A stretch of 64,000 nucleotides of DNA from assembly GCA_049968235.1 (NCBI GenBank), contig JBMFRC010000003.1:203463-267462 (forward strand), given 5' to 3'. A model generated the notes under the pieces. It saw nothing but the letters and a program-made list of their open reading frames with translations. It was not told the origin of the DNA and made no database searches. Positions 18,891 through 29,600 of the stretch are shown one piece after another. The position numbers and the translations under genes were made by a program. Every line of letters starts with the position of its first letter. Positions within the stretch are counted from its first letter, which is position 1. This DNA comes from Candidatus Hydrogenedens sp. GTDB taxonomy: Bacteria; Hydrogenedentota; Hydrogenedentia; Hydrogenedentales; Hydrogenedentaceae.

Positions 18891-20306
18891 ATGAAAAAGA
18901 ATGAATGGTCAAAAATGACACGAAGGGCATTTTTAGCCACATCCACAACAGTAGTAACAGCGGGTGCTTTTGCACAGACCCCGTCCACCCAGAATACGGC
19001 ACAGGTTGTTCCCCGTAAGATTTCTCCGAACGAGAAATTGAATGTAGCTGCGATTGGTGCTGGTGGGAAAGGACTTTCTGATATTATGAGTTGCTTTAAG
19101 TTGGGACACAATGTTGTTGCTCTTTGCGATGTAGATTGGAAACGGGCTGAAGAGGCATTTTATCGTTTGCCGAAAGCGAAAAAGTATAAAGATTATCGTA
19201 ATATGTTAGAAGAGATGAAGGAAATTGATGCGGTTACGATTTCTACTCCCGACCATTCTCATGCCCCTGCTGCATATATGGCAATGAAGATGGGGAAACA
19301 TGTATATGTTCAGAAGCCGTTAACGCATACGATTGCAGAGGCGAGATTGCTTACCCTCACGGCACGCGAGACAGGTGTCGCAACACAAATGGGGAATCAG
19401 GGGCATTGTGGTAATGGAGTGCGTCAATTGTGCGAAATGATTTGGAGTGGTGCTATCGGTAATGTGAAAGAAGTTCATATATGGACACATCGTCCGGTAT
19501 GGGATAATCAGGGAATGACAGAGCCATTACCGCCGGAAGTAACACCCGAAGATATGGACTGGGACCGCTGGATTAACTGTGCACCATGGCGTCCCTATAA
19601 CCATAAATTGGCTCCGCATGATTGGCGAGCCTGGCAGGATTTCGGTTCCGGTTCTCTGGGCGATATGGCTTGCCATATTATGGACCCGGCATACTGGGCG
19701 TTGAAATTGTATGAGGCACCGGAATTTTCTGTTGAAGTGGTCTTTCAGAAGGGACAAAATAGACAAACATTTCCGATTGCAACCACAGTAAAGTATTCCT
19801 TTGTGGCACGTGGCGATATGGGACCTGTTGATGTTTATTGGTATGATGGACACTGGAAGGATGAAGCCACCGGTCAGGAAATCTATAATCGTCCCAAACG
19901 ACCCGAAGGAGTGCCGGAGGATGAAGTATTGGGCGATGATAATATGAATGGTTCCATGTTTATTGGTGATAAAGGCATTCTTACAGCAGGGGAATATGGT
20001 GGAGAACCGCGATTGGTTCCTTCTTCTTTGATGAAGGATTATACCCTACCACCGCAAACGATTGAGCGTATCCCGATGGAAAGTCCATATTTTGACTGGC
20101 TTCGTGCTTGCAAGGAAGATAAGCCCGCCTGTTCGAATTTTAATTACTCCGGTCCCTTCACAGAAATGGTGCAGTTTGGCAATGTCGTCGTCAAATCAGG
20201 TCAAAAGTTAATCTGGGACAATATTAACGGTGTTGTTAAAAATGTATCCGACCCGAAATCAATTATAAGTAAAGAATATCGTAAAGGCTGGGAACTTCCC
20301 TGCTAA
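18891..20306 (+). CDS. Gfo/Idh/MocA family oxidoreductase with twin-arginine (TAT) signal
   Basis: 'MTRRAFLATSTTVVTAGAFA' TAT motif and Rossmann 'LNVAAIGAGGKG'. Start moved to the ATG at 18891, which has an SD 'aaggaaag'; the ORF-track start at 18774 lacks an RBS. Confidence 0.85.
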   Translation: MKKNEWSKMTRRAFLATSTTVVTAGAFAQTPSTQNTAQVVPRKISPNEKLNVAAIGAGGKGLSDIMSCFKLGHNVVALCDVDWKRAEEAFYRLPKAKKYKDYRNMLEEMKEIDAVTISTPDHSHAPAAYMAMKMGKHVYVQKPLTHTIAEARLLTLTARETGVATQMGNQGHCGNGVRQLCEMIWSGAIGNVKEVHIWTHRPVWDNQGMTEPLPPEVTPEDMDWDRWINCAPWRPYNHKLAPHDWRAWQDFGSGSLGDMACHIMDPAYWALKLYEAPEFSVEVVFQKGQNRQTFPIATTVKYSFVARGDMGPVDVYWYDGHWKDEATGQEIYNRPKRPEGVPEDEVLGDDNMNGSMFIGDKGILTAGEYGGEPRLVPSSLMKDYTLPPQTIERIPMESPYFDWLRACKEDKPACSNFNYSGPFTEMVQFGNVVVKSGQKLIWDNINGVVKNVSDPKSIISKEYRKGWELPC

Positions 20307-20328
20307 CAGAAGATTTATTGATTATTTA

Positions 20329-20368
20329 ACGACAGGACCCGATGTTGAACAGCATTGGGTCCTGTTTT
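20329..20368. terminator. bidirectional rho-independent terminator
   Basis: ACAGGACCC-gatgttgaacagcatt-GGGTCCTGT followed by TTTTG, between convergent genes. Confidence 0.6.
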
Positions 20369-20382
20369 GTGTTCGGGGTAGA

Positions 20383-21588
20383 TTATTCATAGCGCAGGGC
20401 TTCAACGGGGTCAACACTTGCCGCTTTCAAAGCAGGATATACACCGGAGATAACACCGACAGCAGAACTGAAAAGGAAAGCAGTCATTACAGACCATAAG
20501 GATAGACCTATAGGTAAGTTGGGGTAAAGGGCACGGATAATGGCGGAACCCATAAAACCGAGAAAGATACCGGTCATCCCACCGAGAACACTAAGGGTGA
20601 TGGATTCAACGAGAAATTGCAAACCAATATCGGTACGGGTGGCTCCTACTGCCATACGAATACCCACTTCACGTGTGCGTTCCCGCACGGATACTAACAT
20701 AATATTCATAATTCCAATGCCACCTACCAGTAGCGATATGCATGCGATACCTACTAACATAAGTCGAAGCATACTGAAAATTCGTGAGAAAGCGGAAAGC
20801 ATACTATCTTGATTTGTAATGGTAAAATCTTCTTCGTTATCGTGAGCAGAACGGACGATTTTTCGTGCTGATTCTGTAGCACGGGGAATATCTTCCTGTG
20901 TGCGTGCACCTATAAGAATTTCCATGACTTCTTCGACATTAAAAATGCGTTGTGCACTGGGTAGAGGGATAATAACAATATCTCCGAGGTCAATCCCCAA
21001 TGCCATTCCGCGTTCTTCTAAGATGCCCACAACGGTATGTTTTGAACCGTTGATTGAAATTTTTTCATACAAAGCACGGTGTGTTCCGAACAATTCTTTT
21101 TTTACAGTTGTTCCGATGATGCAGACACGGCTATTGCGTTCAATATCTTCTTCCGTGAGGAAACGACCTATTTGTGTGTATAATTGGCGAACTTTCTCAA
21201 AGTCCGGGGTTGTGCCGATAAGTAAAACATTCCGCTGACGATTTTTATATCGGATATTGGCTAATCCTAATGTGTTGGAAGCCACACCGATGATACCGGG
21301 GACTTTCCGTTTTACCTGTCGGGCAATTTCATAAGTAAGTTTTTTGTGACTTCCCGCACTGATGGGAAACATACCTGTTGTTTCTTGTTTACCGGGGGTA
21401 ATAATGATGACATTGCTACCCATAATGGCGAATTCCCGTTCTACATAGGCTTGTGCAGACTCTCCTAAGGCAATTAACAATATTACAGACATAACCCCAA
21501 TGATTACCCCTAATGCGGTCAATGCGGCACGCATTTTGTTCTGATTCAGTGCAATGATAGCGGATCGTATAAGTTCCCAGAAAGACAT
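20383..21588 (-). CDS. ABC transporter permease, FtsX/MacB/DevC family
   Basis: 401 aa. N-terminal TM, large periplasmic domain (MacB_PCD-like), and three C-terminal TMs (FtsX domain). Confidence 0.8.
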   Translation of the reverse strand: MSFWELIRSAIIALNQNKMRAALTALGVIIGVMSVILLIALGESAQAYVEREFAIMGSNVIIITPGKQETTGMFPISAGSHKKLTYEIARQVKRKVPGIIGVASNTLGLANIRYKNRQRNVLLIGTTPDFEKVRQLYTQIGRFLTEEDIERNSRVCIIGTTVKKELFGTHRALYEKISINGSKHTVVGILEERGMALGIDLGDIVIIPLPSAQRIFNVEEVMEILIGARTQEDIPRATESARKIVRSAHDNEEDFTITNQDSMLSAFSRIFSMLRLMLVGIACISLLVGGIGIMNIMLVSVRERTREVGIRMAVGATRTDIGLQFLVESITLSVLGGMTGIFLGFMGSAIIRALYPNLPIGLSLWSVMTAFLFSSAVGVISGVYPALKAASVDPVEALRYE

Positions 21589-21593
21589 TACGA

Positions 21594-22841
21594 TTACTCT
21601 CCAAGTGAGGGAACGATTTTGATTCTAACTCCGTCTGTCAATCCTTTAATTCCAACGGAAGTAATTATGGTATCGCCTTCTTTCAATCCTTCCACAATTT
21701 CACGTGTTTCCCAGTTCCCGATACCTAAAGTTACCGGTTTACGAACAGCACGGTCTCCTACTACCACATAAGCAAATTCATCGCGGATAAGGCTTTCACT
21801 TGGGACATAAAGGACATTATCTTTTTCAGATACGATTACCGTTACATCCGCAGACATTCCTGCAAGGAAATTGCCCTGTTCCAGAAATCGAACCTTTACT
21901 GTAAAGGTTCGAGTAAATTCCTTTGTAATGGTAATTACTGGGGATATTTCAAATATTTCACCCATAAAAACCTGTCCCGGGAAGGCGTCTAATTCAATCC
22001 TTGTCTTTTGGTTCAATGAGATTTGTCCTGCATTGGCTTCGTCAAAAGGTGCTTCAATGTATAGGTCAGAATTGTCAAGCAGATACATTAGAGGCACGCC
22101 GATAGCAATACCTTCTCCTTCATGCACATTGATGGTGGCAACAACCCCATCGAAGGGTGCTTTAATAATGGCTTTATCTCTAATGGCTCTGGCTGAATTT
22201 AAAGCAGATTCCGCCTGTATGATGGCGGTTTCTCCCGCTTTTACTTCTTGTTCACGAACTTGTAGTTCTTTTACACTCGTGAGGGCAGATTGGTATGCCT
22301 CTTTTGCCACCTTGTAAGCCAGTTCCACTTTTTCCTGTTCTCCTGGTGAGAGAATTCCCTGTTCACGAAGTTTTTTAGCACGTTCTAAATCCGATTCCGC
22401 TTGCTTTAATTGTGCTTGCGTTTGATTGATTTGTGATTCAGAAAGATTTTTAGCCACCTCATAACCGACGCGTGCTTGTTCCAGTCGTGTCTTTGCAACG
22501 AGCAGGTTTGCTTCAGAAAGGGCTACCTGTGCGTCAAGGTCTTCATGGCTTAATTCAATAAGAATTTCATCTCTGGCAACATGTTGTCCTTCCTTTACAT
22601 GAACCTTAGAGATGATACCCATCATTCCGCTTGCAATCATCGAGCGACGATGTGCCATAATTGTTCCGGAAGCGAAAGCGGAAACCGTTTGCTGGACCTT
22701 CCCCTTCTTTACAGTATCTACGGTAACCTGTATTGGCGATGTGTAGAAAAAGAAATAATGAACTATACCTGCTACGATTAAAGCGAGAATGAATAAGAAG
22801 ATTAATCGGATTAGGTAATTTTTGTAATTTACTTTTGCCAT
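21594..22841 (-). CDS. efflux periplasmic adaptor subunit (HlyD/MFP family, MacA/DevB-like)
   Basis: N-terminal TM anchor, long coiled-coil hairpin, beta-barrel 'biotinyl-like' ends. Overlaps the upstream ATPase gene by 13 nt. Confidence 0.8.
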   Translation of the reverse strand: MAKVNYKNYLIRLIFLFILALIVAGIVHYFFFYTSPIQVTVDTVKKGKVQQTVSAFASGTIMAHRRSMIASGMMGIISKVHVKEGQHVARDEILIELSHEDLDAQVALSEANLLVAKTRLEQARVGYEVAKNLSESQINQTQAQLKQAESDLERAKKLREQGILSPGEQEKVELAYKVAKEAYQSALTSVKELQVREQEVKAGETAIIQAESALNSARAIRDKAIIKAPFDGVVATINVHEGEGIAIGVPLMYLLDNSDLYIEAPFDEANAGQISLNQKTRIELDAFPGQVFMGEIFEISPVITITKEFTRTFTVKVRFLEQGNFLAGMSADVTVIVSEKDNVLYVPSESLIRDEFAYVVVGDRAVRKPVTLGIGNWETREIVEGLKEGDTIITSVGIKGLTDGVRIKIVPSLGE

Positions 22842-23527
22842 TCGTCTGATATTACCTTTCCATCTCTGAAGTGAATAATTCGTTGGGCACGAGACGCTAC
22901 ATCTTTTTCATGTGTAACCATGACAATAGTATGTCCTTTGCTATGTAATTCATCAAATAATTCAAGGATACTTTCCCCGCTTGCTGTGTCCAGATTTCCT
23001 GTGGGTTCATCTGCTAATATTGTGGAAGGATTGTTTATCAGTGCCCGTGCAATAGCCACGCGTTGTCGCTGACCTCCGGAAAGTTCGTTGGGTCTGTGAT
23101 ACATACGGTCTCCAAGCCCAACGGCGATTAATGCCTCTTGAGCCCGTTGCCTTCGTTCTTTTCGTGGAACACGGTCATATATGAGAGGTAATTCCACATT
23201 TTCTAACGCAGTAGCACGACTTAATAGGTTAAAATTTTGAAAAACAAAACCTATCTCATGATTTCGCAGTTCTGCAAGTCGCATTTCAGAAAATTTATGA
23301 ACCTCTTCACCTTTATACCAATAGGAGCCTGCGGTAGGTCTGCTAAGACATCCTAAAATATCAAGGAAAGTTGTTTTCCCTGAGCCGGAAGGACCCATAA
23401 TTGCAACATAAGACCCCGCATCAATTGTCAAATCAACACAGTTTAAGGCTATAACTCTATTGTCACCGACTTCATAAACCTTTTCAAGATTTTGCACATA
23501 AATTAATCGAGACAAACTTTCGCTCAC
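22829..23527 (-). CDS. ABC transporter ATP-binding protein (MacB/LolD-like)
   Basis: Walker A 'GPSGSGKTT', signature 'LSGGQRQRVAIARAL', Walker B 'ILADEPTGNLD', H-loop 'VTHE'. Confidence 0.9.
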   Translation of the reverse strand: MSESLSRLIYVQNLEKVYEVGDNRVIALNCVDLTIDAGSYVAIMGPSGSGKTTFLDILGCLSRPTAGSYWYKGEEVHKFSEMRLAELRNHEIGFVFQNFNLLSRATALENVELPLIYDRVPRKERRQRAQEALIAVGLGDRMYHRPNELSGGQRQRVAIARALINNPSTILADEPTGNLDTASGESILELFDELHSKGHTIVMVTHEKDVASRAQRIIHFRDGKVISDEWQK

Positions 23528-23574
23528 AAAACCCTCCTATTGAGGATTCGTAGTTTTTTCTTAAAATGTATATA

Positions 23575-25056
23575 TTATTTGTTTAAAAATCCTTTGGGTA
23601 ACTCAGCAGGTGGCTCATATTTATAAGGTTCAATATCGGGAACTATGCGAACAGGTGTTGTAAAGGTGAAAGTGGTATTATCCGGTCCGGGAAAACTCAT
23701 TTCAATAAGGTATGCTTTCCATCCTTTTTCCGGAGGATTTACTTTCCCAACATAGACGCCTTTTTCTTGCTCCGTTAGTTCCTTTGCCTGATAGGCTTTG
23801 CCAAGAACATTTAAACGGAAGTCCCGTGCTTCTGGATTGGTGGCTTCCCATAAAGTAACTTTACCGGGTTTATCTTTTGTCCTGACTACAATAGTACAAT
23901 CATCTGGAAATTCCCAGGAATATTGCGGAAGAGGTTTTTTCATAACAATAGCCTTGTAGAATGCAGATACACTGCTGACAACTTCTGGTTTAAGTCCATG
24001 ACCTGTATTCGGCACATATCGGATATATGTAGGTGCAGGTAGGTCTGCAAGATAAAATTTCCATGAATCTGGCAGGAAAAATTCATCACCTGCGGAATTA
24101 ATGATGAATTTGGGCATGGTTAGTCTATTAAGGTAACTATACGGGTCAACAATCTTCAACATGGCTGAAAATTCAGGAGTGGTTAACCAGTCCATAATAT
24201 TCATTTCTACATAATCATCTATTGCGGGAGCCCAACCTCCATATACCGCATAGTGATGTTTAAATGAGGGGACTAAATTTAGTAAATCAATAACCATGGG
24301 TACACATGCCACTACTCGTTTATCTACGATAGTAGTTGTCCATGTGGTCCAGCCGCGTTTGGAAGCACCTGCTACTACAAATTCATTTACTTTCACTTTT
24401 CCGCCTTCTTTACTTGCACAAAATTCCTGCACGGTATCCATAGCCCGAACGACCGCTTTTGTCATCGGCATACGTGTTAACCATTCCGCTTCTCCTGTTT
24501 TCAAATATTTATCCCAATTATATGCGATAATAGCGTCTTCGCTACGCTTTCTGTCGTTATCATTTGCAAAGACCAGAGGTTGATTCGGTATTTGCTTTAT
24601 TTCCGCCACTACAGTTTGCACATCTTTGGCTATTGTTCGTAATAAGGGACTAGAAGATGTCGGCGGTTCATCACTATTTCCCCCACCGGAAATAATAAGT
24701 AATGCGGATGAATACTTCACCTTTTTAGGAACAACAATTGTTAGCCAGTGTGTCCAGATGGGACGGTCAACTTCTTCAGGAGAACGCCAACTCTGGGAAG
24801 TGAGATGAATGTAATAAATAGTGAATTTGTCCGCTTGTTCTGTTTTTACAAGTTTATAACTGTAATTGGGGTCAGGTTTATAAACATAGGTATCCAGGGG
24901 GCCCGGATTTTTTGTTTCTCGGGCATTTGTAGAAGCAATAACCTTTTGTGATTCTGATATAGGTGCTTTTGTCGCACAGCCAATAACAGAAGTAACAAGC
25001 AAGATAGACAGTAATATGGACAATAATTTCTTACTATTTAAAATCCGTTGTATCAT
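23575..25056 (-). CDS. secreted PhoPQ-activated pathogenicity-related (PqaA-like, PF10142-type) protein
   Basis: 493 aa with signal peptide. A 'GASKRGWTTW' motif is recalled from this family; assignment is from memory of the family only. Confidence 0.4.
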   Translation of the reverse strand: MIQRILNSKKLLSILLSILLVTSVIGCATKAPISESQKVIASTNARETKNPGPLDTYVYKPDPNYSYKLVKTEQADKFTIYYIHLTSQSWRSPEEVDRPIWTHWLTIVVPKKVKYSSALLIISGGGNSDEPPTSSSPLLRTIAKDVQTVVAEIKQIPNQPLVFANDNDRKRSEDAIIAYNWDKYLKTGEAEWLTRMPMTKAVVRAMDTVQEFCASKEGGKVKVNEFVVAGASKRGWTTWTTTIVDKRVVACVPMVIDLLNLVPSFKHHYAVYGGWAPAIDDYVEMNIMDWLTTPEFSAMLKIVDPYSYLNRLTMPKFIINSAGDEFFLPDSWKFYLADLPAPTYIRYVPNTGHGLKPEVVSSVSAFYKAIVMKKPLPQYSWEFPDDCTIVVRTKDKPGKVTLWEATNPEARDFRLNVLGKAYQAKELTEQEKGVYVGKVNPPEKGWKAYLIEMSFPGPDNTTFTFTTPVRIVPDIEPYKYEPPAELPKGFLNK

Positions 25057-25213
25057 AGGAAAACCCTTTCTTTTGTTTAATGAAGAAAATAGACTGCGTA
25101 AAAATGAACTTTAAATTGACTAAAAGATAATACAATTTGTTTCAGTCTAAAAGCAATATAGCCGATACAATTTTGTATCGGCTATATGTATTATTAAAAG
25201 ATTCTGTTCGTAA

Positions 25214-26584
25214 TTATTTTTGTGTTTGAGCCGGTTCTTGCTGAGGAGGTGTAGTTGGTTTGGGTAACTGGTCTTTGGGTGGAATTTTAATAGAGGTTGG
25301 GGGCAGTTTGTGTGGCATGTTGGGTCCCTGTTGCGGATTCGGTTTTATCTCGCCACCCATAACATTCCGGGGTCTTGTGCTAAAATTCGGAATATCAATT
25401 ACACGGAAAGGAATTTTAACTTCAGGTTTTGTTGTAGATGTTGTCTTTACAATAATTTCTTTGTCTTTCAAAGAATTGTCCATAGGGATATTCTTAACAA
25501 GTAACAGATAGTCACCGGCACTGCGTTCTGTTACTTCGACCTGAATATCGGGGGTGGGAGGAATAACTTCGACAATCTTTAATCCTTTCTCTTTACCTTC
25601 TTTGATACGTAAATATTGTTGCGTTTTGGCTTGAGGGTCTTCCTTATTTACTCGATAACTAATGACTTCTGGCGATACATCTATGGCACCGAGAAATCTA
25701 CCATACATGGAAACATTGATATTCCTTAACGATGTTATCGATGGGTCATTTACATCTTTACCGGGAATTGTAGCATCTGTCTGGATAGTGAAAGTTTTGG
25801 ATAATGTAATGCCGGGTTCCACTTTCTCTATCTGTTTAATTCTTATTTTGTAATATTTACCGGGTTCTACGGTTTCTACTTCTGCCTTGAATTGAGGCAA
25901 ATTACTCATATCCACATTTGTAATGTTGAAAGTCAAATCGGGGAGATTGGATTTCACTTCCACAATTTTTTCTTCTACAAAATCCTCTATAATGGAATAA
26001 CCCAAATTGACGGTCCGTGGTTCTATAATAATGGGTGCCGAAGCAATACCTTTCAGGGTTAATGTTAATACAGGAGTTTCCGGGTCATTGGATTCAACGG
26101 TTATATTTTTTGTCTGGGGTCCCTGGCGATTTGCAAGAGTAAGGGTTGCTTTAATCTTTGTAGATTCTCCGGGTTGAAGTTCTTTCTTTTCTGGTTGGGC
26201 GACGGTGCACCCGCAGGTCGTTTTTACTTTGTCAATTAGCAGTAATCCATCACCTGCATTTTTAACGACGAATTCGTGTTCCACCTTTTCATCGTTCCTT
26301 TTTTCACCGAAATCAAATTCTGGTTCATCGCATACGATTTTAGGTTTTCCCCCTGCTGTAGCGGAAGGGACCGCTTTTTGTTCTGCAGGTTGAGCAAGTG
26401 CCTTTTCTGCAGGAGGCGGTGTCGATGGTTTCTCTACTTTCTCTGTATCGGTTGCGGTTTTCCCTGCCTGCTGAGCAGGTGCCGGAGTAGATGGCTCTGA
26501 CTTTTGTCCACCACAGGAATTGAGAATCACAATTAATGTTAGTACGAATACAAGACCCAGAAAAACTTTCATACCCTTACTCAT
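25214..26584 (-). CDS. DUF1573 domain lipoprotein with Pro/Ala-rich linker
   Basis: Lipobox 'LNSC'. Low-complexity PA-rich spacer. DUF1573 signature 'VKTTCGCTVAQP'. Pro/Gln-rich C-terminus. Confidence 0.6.
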   Translation of the reverse strand: MSKGMKVFLGLVFVLTLIVILNSCGGQKSEPSTPAPAQQAGKTATDTEKVEKPSTPPPAEKALAQPAEQKAVPSATAGGKPKIVCDEPEFDFGEKRNDEKVEHEFVVKNAGDGLLLIDKVKTTCGCTVAQPEKKELQPGESTKIKATLTLANRQGPQTKNITVESNDPETPVLTLTLKGIASAPIIIEPRTVNLGYSIIEDFVEEKIVEVKSNLPDLTFNITNVDMSNLPQFKAEVETVEPGKYYKIRIKQIEKVEPGITLSKTFTIQTDATIPGKDVNDPSITSLRNINVSMYGRFLGAIDVSPEVISYRVNKEDPQAKTQQYLRIKEGKEKGLKIVEVIPPTPDIQVEVTERSAGDYLLLVKNIPMDNSLKDKEIIVKTTSTTKPEVKIPFRVIDIPNFSTRPRNVMGGEIKPNPQQGPNMPHKLPPTSIKIPPKDQLPKPTTPPQQEPAQTQK

Positions 26585-26766
26585 AAAACTTACCCTTTCT
26601 ATTTTATTTTTTGAAATGTTTGGTTATCTATAAGAGTAAAATTTTCACAATAATAACAAAAAACTCATTTATACTAAAAATGAATATAGGACTTTATAAA
26701 AACGAAAATGGTATATAATAATGTTGACATAAAATAGAATACTCTAAGAATTAAGGAAGATTATGA

Positions 26767-28050
26767 ATGAATATAGTAAATTTTTTAATGTGTTTGTTTT
26801 TTGTTTCTTTGGCAGGAAATGAGCCAGATAAAGTAGATTTTATTTTAAGTAAACATACAACGATATCCCCTTCAGGTGCTTTTTGCTGGTTTCAAGATCC
26901 ACGGGCTATTTATTTAGCAGGACAGCATCGACGAACTTATGTTGGCTGGATTTCCTCTCAGGGTAAGTTGGAAATAGGCTATTATGACCATGACACAGAT
27001 GAAGTTAATACAAAAACAATAAAAGAATTCTGGGATATCGATGACCATAATGTCCTATCTTTGCTTGTATTACCTGATTTGCGTCTTATGATTTTCTATG
27101 CCCGGCATAATAAAGAAAATCTTTATGCACGCCAGAGCCTCAAACCCGAAGACATAACGACATGGGGAGATGAGATTGTGGTGGCGAAAATGGCGAAAGT
27201 AACATATAGTCATCCTGTATTTCTGCATAGCGAAAATTGTTTCTATGTTTTTTGGCGGGGAGAAACATGGAAACCTACTTTTGCTGTTTCTGAAGATAGT
27301 GTCCATTGGTCAGAACCTAAGGTCCTCTTTCAGGATAAAGGGAAGGAATCGGAGAATGTGCGTCCTTACTTGAAAGTGGTATCGGATGGTAAAAGAAGAA
27401 TTGACTTTGCGTTTACAGATGGACATCCGAGAAATGAGCCGTTTAATTCGGTATATTATGCCCGTTATGAATCGGGAAAATTTTATCGTGCAGATGGGAC
27501 AGTAATAGGTTCTATGGATACCCTTCCCATATTGCATTCTAATTGTGATAAGGTATATGACGCAAAAGTAACAGGTGTGCGGGCATGGGTCTGGGATATT
27601 GCCTTGACCACGGAAGGGAACCCTGTAATTGCTTATACACGATTACCGGAAGAAGACACACATTTTTATCATTATGCCTTATGGGACGGGAAGCAATGGA
27701 TTGACCATGAAATTACCTTCGCTGGTCCCTGGTTTCCCGAAACACCCAAAGGTAAACAAGAGCCGGAACCTCATTATTCTGCGGGTATTTGTATCAACCA
27801 TGCAAATACCGCAGAAGTTTATTTATCTCGACGGGTAAATGCTACTTTTGAGATTGAACGATGGATAACTTCGGATAAGGGCAAATCATGGAACTATATC
27901 TCTATTACAAAGAATTCGACAGTTATTAATGTTCGTCCTATCGTCCCATGGGGGTATAATAAAGAGAAGGGGCATGTCATCTGGATGCGTGGGCATTATA
28001 CCCATTACACTCAGTTTCAGACATCTGTTCAATGCTGGATTGAACAATAA
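26767..28050 (+). CDS. secreted BNR/Asp-box repeat (sialidase-like beta-propeller) protein
   Basis: Signal peptide. Asp-box-like 'SEDSVHWS' and 'TSDKGKSW'. Confidence 0.4.
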   Translation: MNIVNFLMCLFFVSLAGNEPDKVDFILSKHTTISPSGAFCWFQDPRAIYLAGQHRRTYVGWISSQGKLEIGYYDHDTDEVNTKTIKEFWDIDDHNVLSLLVLPDLRLMIFYARHNKENLYARQSLKPEDITTWGDEIVVAKMAKVTYSHPVFLHSENCFYVFWRGETWKPTFAVSEDSVHWSEPKVLFQDKGKESENVRPYLKVVSDGKRRIDFAFTDGHPRNEPFNSVYYARYESGKFYRADGTVIGSMDTLPILHSNCDKVYDAKVTGVRAWVWDIALTTEGNPVIAYTRLPEEDTHFYHYALWDGKQWIDHEITFAGPWFPETPKGKQEPEPHYSAGICINHANTAEVYLSRRVNATFEIERWITSDKGKSWNYISITKNSTVINVRPIVPWGYNKEKGHVIWMRGHYTHYTQFQTSVQCWIEQ

Positions 28051-28137
28051 ATTGTAAGTTTAAAATGTCGAGATAGTATTGATATACTCTTTATTTTTAC
28101 GTGAAAAATAATGGACTACTAATCGGAAGATGGATAC

Positions 28138-29550
28138 ATGATTGCTTGTGGGATAGATTACGGGACAACTAACACCAGTGTTGCGATTGCAAAAGAGAAT
28201 GGGCAGATTCAGGTTATAGAACTGGACGAGGAAAATGTTCCCTCGACCTCACTACCTTCTCTTGTTTATATCGGGTCTGATGGCTCTATTTTTACGGGGC
28301 GAAAAGCAGCCAATGTGTTTATTCAGAACAATGTTGGACGAGAAGTTATCATGCAATCGGAAGAAACGGGGCTGGAAATATCATCTATTAGCAGGGCAGA
28401 GCCGGATAAAAGCGAATTTTATAATCCGAATTTAACAGACCCAGATATTCTGGAAAAAATATCTATAAAGACGCTTGTAGATGTGAACATGCCTGGACGA
28501 TTGTTTCAATCCCTTAAAACAAAGTTAAAATATGTGGACTTCAAAGGAACCGATGTTTTCGGAAAGCATTACCAGATAGAGGAATTGGTCTCCCTTATTT
28601 TGAAACGATGTAAAGAAAAAGCGGAGCAATATGTTTCTGATACGATTGATATTGCGGTAATAGGTAGACCCGTCCTTTTCTCTCATAGCGAATTTGAGGA
28701 CCAGATAGCAGAACGAAGATTGCGAAATGCGGGAATGATTGCTGGATTTAAGGATGTAATTTTTTTCTATGAGCCCGTATCCGCTTCAATTGAATATATA
28801 AGCACAACATCCACGGAAGACCAGTTGGTAATGGTTGTGGATATTGGTGGAGGAACCTGTGATATTTGTATTATGAAATTTGAAAAGGCAGAGACGATAG
28901 AGGAGAAACTCAAACGAAGTGCGGTGCTATCTATTTCCGGAGATACTGTCGCCGGGGATATGATTGATAAAGAGATTATTCGCAAACGATTGTTCCATTA
29001 TTTCGGTAGTACGGCAAGATATGGTCAGAATCATCTTCCCATGCCTAAAAACATCTTAAATGTTGTATTGGATTGGCAAAATTTGTATCGACTAAATACA
29101 GAAGAAACCATTAACTGGTTGATAGCGGTAGAAACTTTTAGTGACCAGCCGGAAGCCATAAGGGCTTTACGATTATTAATCCAGAAGAACTGTGGCTATC
29201 CTCTGGCTTTAGCCGTTGAAAAGGCAAAGAAAGAATTAAGTTTTCAAGAACAGGCAACAGTTCATTTCCAATTTGAAGGGTTGGACATAGAGGAAACAAT
29301 TAATCGGGATGAATTCAGCAAAATTATCGAGGATATTTTAGAGCAGATTCATTCTTTAATTGTGGAAGCGGAACAGAAAGCAGGAGTGAAACCTGGCGAT
29401 ATTAACCTGGTTCTAACTACCGGTGGCACCTGTCTTATCCCGGCAATACAAAAGATGCTACAAGAACGATATGGTTCATATCGAATTATTTCACGCGATA
29501 CATTTACCAGTGTTGCCCGTGGTTTAGCGGTGGTCAGCCGTTTTCTATAA
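28138..29550 (+). CDS. Hsp70-family ATPase lacking a canonical substrate-binding domain (YegD-like)
   Basis: Phosphate-1 'IACGIDYGTTNTSVAIA', phosphate-2 'DIGGGTCDICIM', adenosine motif. 470 aa, too short for the DnaK SBD. Confidence 0.7.
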   Translation: MIACGIDYGTTNTSVAIAKENGQIQVIELDEENVPSTSLPSLVYIGSDGSIFTGRKAANVFIQNNVGREVIMQSEETGLEISSISRAEPDKSEFYNPNLTDPDILEKISIKTLVDVNMPGRLFQSLKTKLKYVDFKGTDVFGKHYQIEELVSLILKRCKEKAEQYVSDTIDIAVIGRPVLFSHSEFEDQIAERRLRNAGMIAGFKDVIFFYEPVSASIEYISTTSTEDQLVMVVDIGGGTCDICIMKFEKAETIEEKLKRSAVLSISGDTVAGDMIDKEIIRKRLFHYFGSTARYGQNHLPMPKNILNVVLDWQNLYRLNTEETINWLIAVETFSDQPEAIRALRLLIQKNCGYPLALAVEKAKKELSFQEQATVHFQFEGLDIEETINRDEFSKIIEDILEQIHSLIVEAEQKAGVKPGDINLVLTTGGTCLIPAIQKMLQERYGSYRIISRDTFTSVARGLAVVSRFL

Positions 29551-29600
29551 TTTTTTCGATTCACATACCGTTTTTTTTATCAACGATAAGGTATCCGTTT